Notes: generated by a model not told the origin, from the sequence alone. Numbered from the stretch's first letter, positions 1 to 10,126 are shown. The stretch: DNA of 64,000 nucleotides from Ignavibacteriota bacterium (GCA_016209795.1 JACQVI010000079.1:421-64420), one strand, 5' to 3'. Program-made: numbers and translations.

Positions 1-140
1 TTACCGAGATGTGCGATACTATTACATCTTGGAAAAAGGAGAACTTTAGAGAAAAATTGTTTACACCAGTGAAATAAAAAAATACAACATCAAGATGGCA
101 ATTAATTGAAAGAATTTTAACAACAGCGAGGAATAAAGCT

Positions 141-635
141 ATGGAAATCTACATTGTACGGCACGCAGTCGCAGTCCCCCGTGGGACAGAAGGATATCCA
201 AATGATGATCGACCCCTTACAGAAGAGGGTATTCAAAAAATGAAGGCTACAGCGAGAGGGATTGCTGAAATCATTGGAAAAGTCGATGTGATCATTAGCA
301 GTCCACTCATCCGGGCACACGACACAGCGAAAATCGTTGCCAAGGCACTGAAGTACAAAAGTAAAATTGACCTGAGCAAAGAATTCCTTCCCGGGAATTC
401 TCAAAATAGTGTTCTCGACTTCCTAGTAAAATTCAAAAATAAGAAAAATATCATGCTTGTCGGTCATGAACCTGATGTAGGTGTGCTGGCTTCAACATTG
501 TTAGGTTCAAATAGACCTCTTATCGCAATGAAGAAAGGTGCAGTGTGTCGAATTGATGTGGCTGAACTGCCGCTTAAAGAACCGGGAAAACTCATTTGGC
601 ACCTCACGCCAAAACAACTGAGAGCGTTGGCATAA
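141..635 (+). CDS. SixA-like phosphohistidine phosphatase (histidine phosphatase superfamily)
   Basis: The N-terminal IVRHAVA (RHG-type catalytic motif) and overall similarity to E. coli SixA are read directly from the ORF translation. Length is 164 aa. Confidence 0.7.
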   Translation: MEIYIVRHAVAVPRGTEGYPNDDRPLTEEGIQKMKATARGIAEIIGKVDVIISSPLIRAHDTAKIVAKALKYKSKIDLSKEFLPGNSQNSVLDFLVKFKNKKNIMLVGHEPDVGVLASTLLGSNRPLIAMKKGAVCRIDVAELPLKEPGKLIWHLTPKQLRALA

Positions 636-679
636 GAAAAATAATGAGAAATTCTTTTTGCAGACTTTAAGGATGCACA

Positions 680-1888
680 ATGGTAAGCAACAGTGAAATT
701 ATTCGTAAAGCTTCAGAGTATGTTTTTACTCTGTTCAAAGAAAACAAATCCGATTGTTCTGTGTACCACAACTACAATCATACGATAGAAACCGTTGCGG
801 CATGTGAAGAGATTGGGGATGAATCGAACTTAAGTAAATCGGAACAGGAGATTGTCGCAGTCGCTGCATGGTTCCACGACACCGGCTATACGGAGGATTG
901 TGAGAATCATGAAGAGAAGAGCGTCGAGATTGCCACGCGCTTTTTACAGCAGAATAATTACCCGCAGGAAAAGATTGCTCAGGTAGCAAGCTGTATCAGA
1001 GCAACGAAAGTCCCACAGGACCCGAAGAATCTCTTGGAAGAAGTAATCTGCGATGCTGATATTCTCCATTTCGGAAAGAAAAAATTCTTCCAAAAGAGCG
1101 ATTTGATGCGGATGGAACTTGAGCGCAGAGCGGATCGACCGTTCTCAGATCTCGAATGGCTGCAGAAAAGTGTGGACTTCGTTACGCAGCATAATTTCCA
1201 TACACGCTACGCACAGTTAGACTTCAATAAACAACGAACCAAAAACCTTATCAAACTCCAGGAGCTTTTGCGTGAAGCCCAAAGCGATCACGAAGAAACG
1301 CTTTCTGATCGAAAACTCAAAGAAGAAAAGTTTACAGGCAAGCTTGAAAAAGAGAAGATTCCAGTGCGCGGTATTGAAACGATGTTTCGACTCACTTCCG
1401 GCAACCACATCGACCTCAGCTCCATTGCAGACCACAAAGCCAACATGATGATCAGCAGCAATTCTCTCATTTTAACACTTGTCGTGACTCTATTTGGACG
1501 AGACATTATCAGCAACACTAATTCAATCCTCATTATTCCGATTTTGATCTTACTTATCGTCTGCGTAACGACAATTATCTTTGCAATCCTTGCAACGAGA
1601 CCGAAGATCACCGAAGGTATATTTACGAAGGAGGATATTGAACAAAAACGTGCTAACCTTCTTTTCTTTGGGAACTTCTACAATATGAGGCTTGAGGATT
1701 ACGAATGGGGCGTTAAAGAAATGATGAACGATCGGGAGTACCTGTATGGCAACATGATAAGAGATATTTACTTCTTAGGAAAGGTACTGGCACGTAAGTA
1801 TCGCTATCTCAGGATCTGCTACAACGTCTTCATGTACGGTCTGATTGTTGCTGTCATTGCGTTTGCAGTCGCCTTCCTAATTCGTTAA
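680..1888 (+). CDS. HD-domain phosphohydrolase fused to a C-terminal two-TM domain resembling the Pycsar effector (DUF5706/PycTM) family
   Basis: The HD motifs are H..H (YHNYNHT), HD (WFHDTGY) and D (CDADILHFG). A central coiled/charged linker follows. The C-terminal ~150 aa holds two strongly hydrophobic helices (LILTLVVTLFG, IIPILILLIVCVTTIIFAIL; C-terminal GLIVAVIAFAVAFLI). The Pycsar-effector family assignment is from memory of family architecture, not a search. Confidence 0.6.
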   Translation: MVSNSEIIRKASEYVFTLFKENKSDCSVYHNYNHTIETVAACEEIGDESNLSKSEQEIVAVAAWFHDTGYTEDCENHEEKSVEIATRFLQQNNYPQEKIAQVASCIRATKVPQDPKNLLEEVICDADILHFGKKKFFQKSDLMRMELERRADRPFSDLEWLQKSVDFVTQHNFHTRYAQLDFNKQRTKNLIKLQELLREAQSDHEETLSDRKLKEEKFTGKLEKEKIPVRGIETMFRLTSGNHIDLSSIADHKANMMISSNSLILTLVVTLFGRDIISNTNSILIIPILILLIVCVTTIIFAILATRPKITEGIFTKEDIEQKRANLLFFGNFYNMRLEDYEWGVKEMMNDREYLYGNMIRDIYFLGKVLARKYRYLRICYNVFMYGLIVAVIAFAVAFLIR

Positions 1889-1948
1889 TAATTTCTCTTA
1901 TCGTTCCTGCAGAAACCTTTTCCAGCGTACAGACTTCTTGATCTTCCA

Positions 1949-2599
1949 CTACTCGAGTGGAGGAACAAGCCTGAGAAGAGGACTCAAGCTTACATACTTG
2001 TAGTGCACTGTCCCAAGGTGTTCGTAATCGATTGTTCCCTCTTTCACTTCCTCCCAATCAATAACAGACTTTAGATCCTGAATAGCTTGAGATCGAAGAT
2101 AATTCTCTGAGAGCAAGACGTATTCGTTTCCCTCTATGTTATTTTTCAGAAGCCGGTGAGCAAGAATAACATCGCTACCAAGGAGTTTCATGAAGTTTCT
2201 CACGGTGATCGTGCTGACGGTTCCATAGTGACAAATCAGCTTCAATGTAAGCCGAACAACCGAATCACATGCAGCACAATTGCATGTTCTTGTTTTATCG
2301 ATCACTTTCAGAAGATGATGGAACTTAAGAAACATCGTCTTTGATTGTTTGGCAACTTCTGGTAGAGATGGAGCACTCCCTATCTTATAAAATAGAACAG
2401 CATCTCCTTCGATCTCGGACACTGAAAGCCCAAGCTCATTTGATTCGAGAATAGCTTCCAGTAATTTCGATATTATCCCTTGACTGTGAGCGAGCTCGGT
2501 TTCATTCAAGAATTTCGTGAACCCACTAATGTCCGGGATGAAAATCAAAGCGGTATACGTACCAGTGGCTTGGCTTGGATGTGTGATTGTGGTCTCCAT
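1949..2599 (-). CDS. class III nucleotidyl cyclase homologue (DUF2652-type)
   Basis: The internal Met start (METTITHP...) gives ~216 aa. The track ORF extends further upstream but would collide with the divergent gene at 2685. Cyclase-like blocks: ALIFIPDISGFTKF (compare FxDIxGFT metal-binding Asp), EIEGDAVLF (second Asp), ICHYGTVSTITV and GSDVILAHRLLK (compare GdtVNlAsRlE). Confidence 0.55.
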   Translation of the reverse strand: METTITHPSQATGTYTALIFIPDISGFTKFLNETELAHSQGIISKLLEAILESNELGLSVSEIEGDAVLFYKIGSAPSLPEVAKQSKTMFLKFHHLLKVIDKTRTCNCAACDSVVRLTLKLICHYGTVSTITVRNFMKLLGSDVILAHRLLKNNIEGNEYVLLSENYLRSQAIQDLKSVIDWEEVKEGTIDYEHLGTVHYKYVSLSPLLRLVPPLE

Positions 2600-2684
2600 A
2601 TTGATATTTAGCGGAAAATTTCTTAATATAGCATGATTCCTTCGTCCCCTTCGGTAATCCAATAATACTGATTTTTTCATCAAA

Positions 2685-3182
2685 ATGAAAACACTATTGT
2701 TAGTACGGCATGCAAAATCGAGCTGGAAAAACCCAGAGCTTTCTGATCGTGAGCGACCCCTCAACAATCGAGGGAAAAGAGATGCCCCGTTTATGGGAAA
2801 ACTACTCTCGGAACGAGGCGTGAAACCCGATTTGCTCATTACCAGTCCAACAAACAGAGCAATGACCACCGCACGTTATGTGGCTCATGAACTTCAGTAT
2901 CGAATCTCTGAGATCGTCACTGATGAATCACTCTATGGACAAACGATGGATCACATTCTCCATGTTATCCAGGGTTTTGAAAATTCAATAAACACGGTAA
3001 TGATCATTGGACACAATCCAGAAATCACTCTGTGTGCAAATTACATCACAGCGAATACCATTGAAAATATCCCAACCTGTGGCATCGTCTGTGTGGACTT
3101 TTCTATTGAACTTTGGAACGAGATAGCAAGAGGAAACGGTGCGCTTCGGTACTTTGAATATCCTAAAAAATACTTCAAATAG
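2685..3182 (+). CDS. SixA-like histidine phosphatase
   Basis: LLLVRHAKSSW with the RHA catalytic motif and histidine phosphatase fold signature. Length 165 aa. It ends 6 nt before ppk1. Confidence 0.7.
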   Translation: MKTLLLVRHAKSSWKNPELSDRERPLNNRGKRDAPFMGKLLSERGVKPDLLITSPTNRAMTTARYVAHELQYRISEIVTDESLYGQTMDHILHVIQGFENSINTVMIIGHNPEITLCANYITANTIENIPTCGIVCVDFSIELWNEIARGNGALRYFEYPKKYFK

Positions 3183-3188
3183 AAGAAG

Positions 3189-5279
3189 ATGAAGAGAAAA
3201 GATTATCAATACTTCAACCGAGAGTTGAGCTGGCTCTCGTTTAGCTACAGGGTTCTACAGGAAGCAAAAGATCCCCGTGTCCCTTTGTATGAGAGGATAA
3301 AATTCCTTGCAATCTTCTCATCGAACCTTGATGAGTTCTTCCGTGTACGCGTTGCTTCCCTCAAAGGACTCCTGAACCTTAAGAAAAAAGCCAAGAAGAA
3401 ATTGGAAATCCACCCCGCTGACTTACTTAAGGAAATCAAAAAAACAGTTCATCGGCAGCAAGAAGAATTTGGCTCCATTTTTCGGAAACAAATCCTTAGC
3501 AAATTGAATGAACATGGTATTTACCTGATCAACGAAACGGAGTTGAATGAAGAACAGCGAGAGTTTGCACAGAGCTATTTTAGACAGTGCATTGAACCAA
3601 TTATTGCACCAATGTTCATCTCCAAAAATAAAGAAGCGCCATTCCTCCAGAACCAATCTCTCTACCTTGCAACAAAGCTATTACCCAAACGCATTATAGG
3701 CAATCCTGATATTCAAGCTGACGAAGATGTAGAGTACCGATACGCTATTGTTGAAATACCAAGTCAACAGCTGCCACGCTTTGTCACTCTTCCAAAGATC
3801 GACGGCAACAATTACATTATGTTTCTGGATGATATTGTACGGCTATCTCTCCCTGAGATATTTCCGAACCATGAGATTGTAACTGCGTATGCAATCAAAT
3901 TAACTCGTGATGCGGAGTTGTATATCGAGGATGAATTTACAGGCGATTTGTTGGAGAAAATTAAGATCGGTTTAGGTAAACGTAAGACTGGAATAGCATC
4001 TCGTTTCCTCTATGATACAGCAATGCCAAAAAACTTTCTCAAGCTCCTGCGAAAGACATTTTCATTCACAAAAGGAGATCTCGTCCCGGGTGCACGTTAC
4101 CACAACTTTAATGATTTCTTCAGCTTCCCGGATCCAAAATTTCCAGGACTGATGTTTGAACCACTGCCTCCTCTCCGTCATCGAGTGTTGGATGCACATA
4201 ACTCGATGTTCGATGCGATCCGAGCACGAGACTTCATGTTGTATTACCCCTACCATTCGTTTGACCATGTCCTAGAGTTTTTACAGGAGGCAGCGGACGA
4301 TCCCAATGTTACATCTATGAAGATCACCCTGTACCGGGTTGCAAATAACTCACTCATTGTTAAGCCACTTACTGATGCTGCTCTTCGAGGGAAAGCGGTC
4401 ACAGCGTTCGTCGAAGTGAAAGCGCGCTTTGATGAGGAGTCAAACCTCCGTTGGGCTGAAGAGTTGGAGAAAGCAGGGGTAAAAGTTTTATATAGCCTGC
4501 CGGGTTTGAAAGTTCACGCTAAGATGTGCCTCGTTTCTCGGAATGAAGGAAACCATGTGTACAATTACCTTTACCTGAGCACGGGAAACTTCAACGAAAA
4601 AACAGCACAAGTATACTGCGATTTGGGATTTTTCACAGCGGATCAAAGATTAACAAAAGATGCCGAACGTATTTTCGATTTCATTTCTGGCAATGGCAAA
4701 AACGTTGATGGTGATCATGTGATCGTCGCTCCCTTTACAATGCGTGAAACTTTTCTCGATCTCATTGACAATGAGATCAACCATGCTCGCCACAATAACG
4801 GTGGATATATGATATTGAAAATGAACAGTCTCGAAGATCGAGAAATCATGGAAAAACTGTACGATGCGAACAACGTTGGTGTAAAAATATGGCTCATCGT
4901 GAGAGGAATCTGCTGCCTGGTTCCAGGTGTAGAAGGAATGAGTGAGAATATCAAAGTGGTAAGCATTGTTGATCGCTTCCTTGAACATGCCCGAATTTAT
5001 ATTTTTCACAACGGAGGTGATGAAAAATACTTTCTTGCTTCAGCAGATTTGATGACGCGGAATCTCAGTCGAAGAATTGAAGTGGCATTCCCTGTTTTCA
5101 ACGAAGCGCTGAAGCACGAACTGAAGAAAATCATCGATCTCCAGCTTCAGGATGATGTCAAAGCAAGAATCATCGATAAAAAACAGTCTAACAAGTATAA
5201 GCGATCCAAATCCGACAATTGCATTAGCTCTCAAGTTGCAACATATGAATATCTAAGAGAAACGACAGGAACTCCTTAA
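3189..5279 (+). CDS. ppk: polyphosphate kinase 1
   Basis: 696 aa with a typical PPK1 N-terminus (FNRELSWLSFSYRVLQEA, IKFLAIFSSNLDEFF) and PLD-like C-terminal domains. Confidence 0.9.
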   Translation: MKRKDYQYFNRELSWLSFSYRVLQEAKDPRVPLYERIKFLAIFSSNLDEFFRVRVASLKGLLNLKKKAKKKLEIHPADLLKEIKKTVHRQQEEFGSIFRKQILSKLNEHGIYLINETELNEEQREFAQSYFRQCIEPIIAPMFISKNKEAPFLQNQSLYLATKLLPKRIIGNPDIQADEDVEYRYAIVEIPSQQLPRFVTLPKIDGNNYIMFLDDIVRLSLPEIFPNHEIVTAYAIKLTRDAELYIEDEFTGDLLEKIKIGLGKRKTGIASRFLYDTAMPKNFLKLLRKTFSFTKGDLVPGARYHNFNDFFSFPDPKFPGLMFEPLPPLRHRVLDAHNSMFDAIRARDFMLYYPYHSFDHVLEFLQEAADDPNVTSMKITLYRVANNSLIVKPLTDAALRGKAVTAFVEVKARFDEESNLRWAEELEKAGVKVLYSLPGLKVHAKMCLVSRNEGNHVYNYLYLSTGNFNEKTAQVYCDLGFFTADQRLTKDAERIFDFISGNGKNVDGDHVIVAPFTMRETFLDLIDNEINHARHNNGGYMILKMNSLEDREIMEKLYDANNVGVKIWLIVRGICCLVPGVEGMSENIKVVSIVDRFLEHARIYIFHNGGDEKYFLASADLMTRNLSRRIEVAFPVFNEALKHELKKIIDLQLQDDVKARIIDKKQSNKYKRSKSDNCISSQVATYEYLRETTGTP

Positions 5280-5378
5280 CACCTGCCTCCTGATTTCCAG
5301 TAAACACTTTAAGAGGCAACGTAAGAGAGCTCAGTTCAGAACTCTCCCTTCACAAAATAATTCATTGTTATATATCTC

Positions 5379-7979
5379 TTAAAACATGAACCCACCCGTA
5401 ACATAAACGCCTGTTAATTCAATTGACCGAGCTACTGAAATGCTCAAAGTATATCTTGGCTTGTACACAGAAATCCATATTCCAGCACCTATAGAACTGT
5501 GCCAAAGACTCGAAGTTTCACCTCTTAATAATACTCTACCTGCTTCACCAAGAAATGATAACCCATACCATCCAGGAAAAAGAAATGAAAATCTTCCCAG
5601 ACGCAACCGTAGCTCTCCATTCCCAAAGAATGATGCATCGCCCGCAAAGCGTTGAAATGCATATCCACGAAGTGTTCGGGAGCCGCCCAAGAACGAAGAT
5701 TCGAAGAAAGGAAAATCACCAAAAGTTTTCTCTCCTGCAGTCCTTAATGCTAACGTTACAAAGGATTCCTGAGCTGGAGATAAATATGTTCTTACTTCAC
5801 CTCGAAGTTTTCCAAACTGCCGTTTGTTATTGAATATAACAGGAAAGTAAGAGCCTCGTACATCAACCATCAATCCAGCAGTAGTAGCCGATGATTGATT
5901 TCGAGTATCTAGATGAATTCCCCCATGTAAACCACCAAGCGTTCGTTTTCTGTCATCCTCTGACGGTTGCGTCAGTTTGAGAAAGCTACCATCATCCAGA
6001 TCGCTTTCAACATATTTGATTGTGCCACCAACTGTCATTGTGATTGTATAATTTGTATCGCGATGAATGAAAAAATCAATCGATGGCTCAAACGAAAATT
6101 GTTCTAGCCGAACATTATAAAACCCGTTCCGGTGGAGATCGGCATCGAAAGGAGTTTCATTCCCAAAACCAAAAAACTTTAAATGATCGAGTTGAGAAAC
6201 TCTTGCATGTAACAACACATGAGCACCTTTAATAAGTGAATTGAACTCTCCGGTGTAGTCGACTCTGAACTTCCGTGCTGTAGTAGCATACCCTCCAACA
6301 AGCTGCATACGAAACATATAGGGTGCGACACGGAAACCATAATCGTACAAGATAGGTCCTCCACCTAAGAATAAACCATCGTCTGGATTAAATCCATACC
6401 AAGGAGTAAACCGCCACAGATGCCCGTAGTCTCGTACAACTGGTTCATACCGAAGAGAATCATCCTTTGGTACCGGATATTTTTCGTGATCGAGTGATGA
6501 ACTTGATCCAAGCATGTATTTTGTATTTTCACCACTATCATAGAATTGAGTTTCAACCCGAGAATTGTCAATAAATTCATCCTGACCTTCACCACCAATG
6601 ACACGTAGAGTTATGCCCGGATCATAATCACCATCGACCACAACTTTATCATCTCCATCGAGTAGAGAGAGACGTATATCTTTTGTATACTTTTCATTGA
6701 AAGTTCTCACATAATACGGCTCTCCTTTTTTCTCGCCCGATTGCTTATCACGCCGATACAGTGCAATCATGATTTGTGTATCATTAAGGCAACGAATCTC
6801 AGCGTAATCATCTTTATTTGTGCCATGGAGGTCTGGAAATCGAGCTGAGACTCTGTAATATTCATCCGAAACTTCACTCAATTTTTCTTTCCTTGCTTTC
6901 AATGTTCGCTTCATTTCCTCACCTTCCATAGCATACATTTCAGGAGGAAAGCGATGAACAGAGTAGTCGATGACAGAATCAGTTATCTTCTCCAGGATAA
7001 AATTTGTCACAGAATCCCATGCTGGTTTATCGAGAGATACGAGTGAGCGTCGGTCGACATATCGCGCATCCCATGTAAGTTCTTCCATTCCTGGATATAC
7101 TCGACCGAAACCCTTAAGCTGAGGACGCATCATAGTAACAATCCATGGAACGAACCCCTGGAATCGAGTAAATGCCCAATCCCTATCCAGAGGTATAGGT
7201 TTCCAGAGCCACTTGCCATTCTGCTTGAAGCCTGCCCAGCGCCACTGGTCTTTGTGGCGATCCCAATCACCCAAATAAACATCCATCAATCGTGCTTTGA
7301 GATATTCTCTTGCATCCACCTGTTCATCAGGATCATTTTCTAAACGTTCATACAGTTTAAATGTTTTTATCACCTGATCAGCACCTGCATATCCAGGTTC
7401 CTCATCAGTTCCACCGCTCGGATTTTCTTGTAACGTTCCCAACATACCTCCAAATTCCTTTTGGAATGGTCCAAGCCGCTGATCGTTTGGTAGGACAACA
7501 AGCAATGGTTCTGGACTGAGGACGCCGACAGCGTTGAGAAAAGGTGCAACTATAATTGGGGCGAGAGGATTCGAGGAACTGATTTGATCTTGCAAAAAAT
7601 CTCCAGCGATAGATTCCTGCAATGCTTGTGGAAGAAAGCGCTTTGCATCTTTATCGGTTGATCGAAATTTGTATTCTTTCCCATCCTTACCACGAAACTT
7701 GAGCCCTTTTGTTTGTTTACGCCCAGCGCTTTCAAACGGAGTAAGACCACCCGCAAAGTGATCGAGATCGAGTATTTTCACTTTGATAGGTGTAGTCCAA
7801 AGATTGCGCCAATTCGATCCCGTAAAAATTGTCTGCATCCACGATGCACCATACCGTTCGCCAGGTATGATAAGCGTATCTTTTGTTGTGTTTGGATTCA
7901 ATGGGTTTTCCAGTTGAACGGAAAACACACTTGAATAAACTATCAAAGTAAATCCTATGAGATGAGTTAGATATTTCAT
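5379..7979 (-). CDS. Omp85/BamA-TamA family outer-membrane protein with a large uncharacterised N-terminal domain
   Basis: Signal peptide MKYLTHLIGFTLIVYSSVFSVQ. The C-terminal beta-barrel region carries a surface-antigen motif (GGSRTLRGYAFQRFAGDASFFGNGELRL). No clear POTRA repeats were recognised by eye. Confidence 0.5.
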   Translation of the reverse strand: MKYLTHLIGFTLIVYSSVFSVQLENPLNPNTTKDTLIIPGERYGASWMQTIFTGSNWRNLWTTPIKVKILDLDHFAGGLTPFESAGRKQTKGLKFRGKDGKEYKFRSTDKDAKRFLPQALQESIAGDFLQDQISSSNPLAPIIVAPFLNAVGVLSPEPLLVVLPNDQRLGPFQKEFGGMLGTLQENPSGGTDEEPGYAGADQVIKTFKLYERLENDPDEQVDAREYLKARLMDVYLGDWDRHKDQWRWAGFKQNGKWLWKPIPLDRDWAFTRFQGFVPWIVTMMRPQLKGFGRVYPGMEELTWDARYVDRRSLVSLDKPAWDSVTNFILEKITDSVIDYSVHRFPPEMYAMEGEEMKRTLKARKEKLSEVSDEYYRVSARFPDLHGTNKDDYAEIRCLNDTQIMIALYRRDKQSGEKKGEPYYVRTFNEKYTKDIRLSLLDGDDKVVVDGDYDPGITLRVIGGEGQDEFIDNSRVETQFYDSGENTKYMLGSSSSLDHEKYPVPKDDSLRYEPVVRDYGHLWRFTPWYGFNPDDGLFLGGGPILYDYGFRVAPYMFRMQLVGGYATTARKFRVDYTGEFNSLIKGAHVLLHARVSQLDHLKFFGFGNETPFDADLHRNGFYNVRLEQFSFEPSIDFFIHRDTNYTITMTVGGTIKYVESDLDDGSFLKLTQPSEDDRKRTLGGLHGGIHLDTRNQSSATTAGLMVDVRGSYFPVIFNNKRQFGKLRGEVRTYLSPAQESFVTLALRTAGEKTFGDFPFFESSFLGGSRTLRGYAFQRFAGDASFFGNGELRLRLGRFSFLFPGWYGLSFLGEAGRVLLRGETSSLWHSSIGAGIWISVYKPRYTLSISVARSIELTGVYVTGGFMF

Positions 7980-8011
7980 AAGATACTCTCCTTGGAATTG
8001 TTGTATGATTG

Positions 8012-9226
8012 TTATTGTCTAATCCACATTGAAAACACCTCTTCGCTCTTCTCACCTTCACTTCTCGGTTCAATAACCCCTAAGCGTACCCTCTGATCAA
8101 TTAAGATATCTATTCGCATAAAACCAGTATGTCTATGTGCAAAAAGTGTATGGTCTGCATGTGTTAGAGAAGGATCATGTTTAGAAGTCCCATATCCACT
8201 GACAAGAATCAAATATTCATCATCACTTTCAAGTACCTCAAGGGTGTGCTCATGACCTGCTGCATATACTAACGGAGGATGTTGAGAAAACACATTTTCA
8301 AATGCGTGTTTCATTTCCTCATATTTCGAACCTGACATATCTTGGTTTGATATTCCAAGATTTCGTATTAGAGGATACATGGAGCCTACTACGGGAAGAG
8401 GTATCAGCAACCATGATTCTATTTCACGAAGTGGAAAAATATGATCTCTCCAATCAAAAAATCCACTGTGTGTCCCATGGGATTCTAAGGGATGATGACC
8501 AACAACAATCACGTAGCGATTACCAGCGCTCTTAAGCACTTTTTCCAAAGAATCTGTAATAGCTTTTTTTGTTTCATTCTCATCATGAGTATTTGGATAT
8601 AATGGTTTTGGATTACCATGCAACCACCATTCAGTATCCAGAACTACCAACCTGACATGGGCACCAATATCTATTATATCCGGTCCTGGAGTTCCCCCTT
8701 GAGGTGACATGCGAATTCTTGTATTTTTCTTTGCTTCAAGAAATTCATTCTGTCGCTTTACACTTTCTAAACCATCATCACTCCACTCACCCCAGTCGTG
8801 ATTCCCAGGAATAAAAATTCCCGTTGCACCACTCTGTTCTACAACGGAAACTAACTCATTCAGTCGTCGCTCCATAAAGGGTCGTTCATCATGCGATTCT
8901 TTTGGCATCCCTTTAGGGTAGACGTTATCTCCTAAGAAAACTATAACACCTCTTTCGCGATACTTCGACGCTTCTCTCTCAAGTGCTGCAAGCACTGGTT
9001 CTTTCTTTTCCAATGACGGTTTACCAGCGTCTCCGATAAGAAACACACTCTGTACGATATCATCCTTGTCGACGTTTTCGACATGAGAAGTAGCAAGCTT
9101 GTCATTTACAAAAACACCTTGGATGCTACATGAATTAAGAAATAGAAGAGATGCTAAAAAAGTGAAAAGAAAGATCACACGATGTCTATGTTCAAACTGA
9201 TGTAAAGGCATTAAAGTTTTTGTCAC
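8012..9226 (-). CDS. secreted calcineurin-like metallophosphoesterase
   Basis: Signal peptide present. Metallophosphatase motifs are GDAG, GDNVY, GNHDW, GHHP and GHEH. Confidence 0.75.
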   Translation of the reverse strand: MTKTLMPLHQFEHRHRVIFLFTFLASLLFLNSCSIQGVFVNDKLATSHVENVDKDDIVQSVFLIGDAGKPSLEKKEPVLAALEREASKYRERGVIVFLGDNVYPKGMPKESHDERPFMERRLNELVSVVEQSGATGIFIPGNHDWGEWSDDGLESVKRQNEFLEAKKNTRIRMSPQGGTPGPDIIDIGAHVRLVVLDTEWWLHGNPKPLYPNTHDENETKKAITDSLEKVLKSAGNRYVIVVGHHPLESHGTHSGFFDWRDHIFPLREIESWLLIPLPVVGSMYPLIRNLGISNQDMSGSKYEEMKHAFENVFSQHPPLVYAAGHEHTLEVLESDDEYLILVSGYGTSKHDPSLTHADHTLFAHRHTGFMRIDILIDQRVRLGVIEPRSEGEKSEEVFSMWIRQ

Positions 9227-9265
9227 AATGTTGGGAAACGATGTTATTCTTTCTGTTATCTATAC

Positions 9266-10126
9266 TTATTTCTTCAAGGGATATTTTACTACAAAACCGT
9301 GTCTGTGTCCTTCATTACTGATCAACAATGTCCCATCGGGAGAAAATGCAATACCCTCGGGTTGCCTATGGATCTCTGTAGGCAACCTAACACATCCCAA
9401 TATTTCTCCGGTTGAGGAAAGTTCTAAAATCGATGATTCGTTTGAAGAAAGAAGAAAGAACGTTCCAGTCATTGGATTGCGAGTAATACCCGTTGGCTGA
9501 AATTTTTTAATTCCAAATTTGTCTCGTAACTCTCTAAGCAACAAAACAAACCTTGGTTTTTTTTCAAGCTTTAAGTTCTTCAAGGAAAACGAATAGACAG
9601 CCCTTGCATTACCGAAACCTTTGCCTGGATATCCTTTACATGCTAAAAGAAGAGACTGCGAATCAGGATCAAAACACAATCCCTCAACTTCATATCGTGC
9701 TGAAAGTCCTGTTTCAAACAATTCAAACTTCACATGACTATTGTTTTCGCCCTCTGTAAATCGGTAGATTTTCCCGTCACTTGAAACAAGAAAAAACTGA
9801 TCCACGGCGACTGCAATGTCTTCAAAATCATCCTGGTTGCGTTTTTTCCCCAGCGAAAAATATTTTTCAATGGATCCAGTATGAAGATCAACCTGATAAA
9901 CGACTCCCAATTCATCATTATGTGCAAACAGTCGTTCTTCATCAATCACTACGATACCGGAAATCTCCCTCAATTCTTTAGGTAATTCGAGCACCACAGG
10001 TTTTTTATTCCAAAGATCGTACGATGACAATGAGGAAGAAGACAAGATTGCGGGTTGTTCATCCCTAACACAGCCACAAAAAAATATAACATAGGCTAAT
10101 GATTTTAACAATGAGATGAACTTCAT
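9266..10126 (-). CDS. lipoprotein with SdiA-regulated/phytase-like beta-propeller features
   Basis: Lipobox (IFFCGC). Repeated EGIAF/EGLCF-type blades. The family call is by resemblance only. Confidence 0.4.
   Translation of the reverse strand: MKFISLLKSLAYVIFFCGCVRDEQPAILSSSSLSSYDLWNKKPVVLELPKELREISGIVVIDEERLFAHNDELGVVYQVDLHTGSIEKYFSLGKKRNQDDFEDIAVAVDQFFLVSSDGKIYRFTEGENNSHVKFELFETGLSARYEVEGLCFDPDSQSLLLACKGYPGKGFGNARAVYSFSLKNLKLEKKPRFVLLLRELRDKFGIKKFQPTGITRNPMTGTFFLLSSNESSILELSSTGEILGCVRLPTEIHRQPEGIAFSPDGTLLISNEGHRHGFVVKYPLKK

Noticed and set aside
117-404. 95-aa minus-strand ORF and similar small antisense ORFs (735-989, 1217-1611, 2156-2344, 3245-3656)
   Set aside because: They are embedded antisense or out of frame within well-supported genes (SixA-like, HD, cyclase, ppk1) and have no homology signal.
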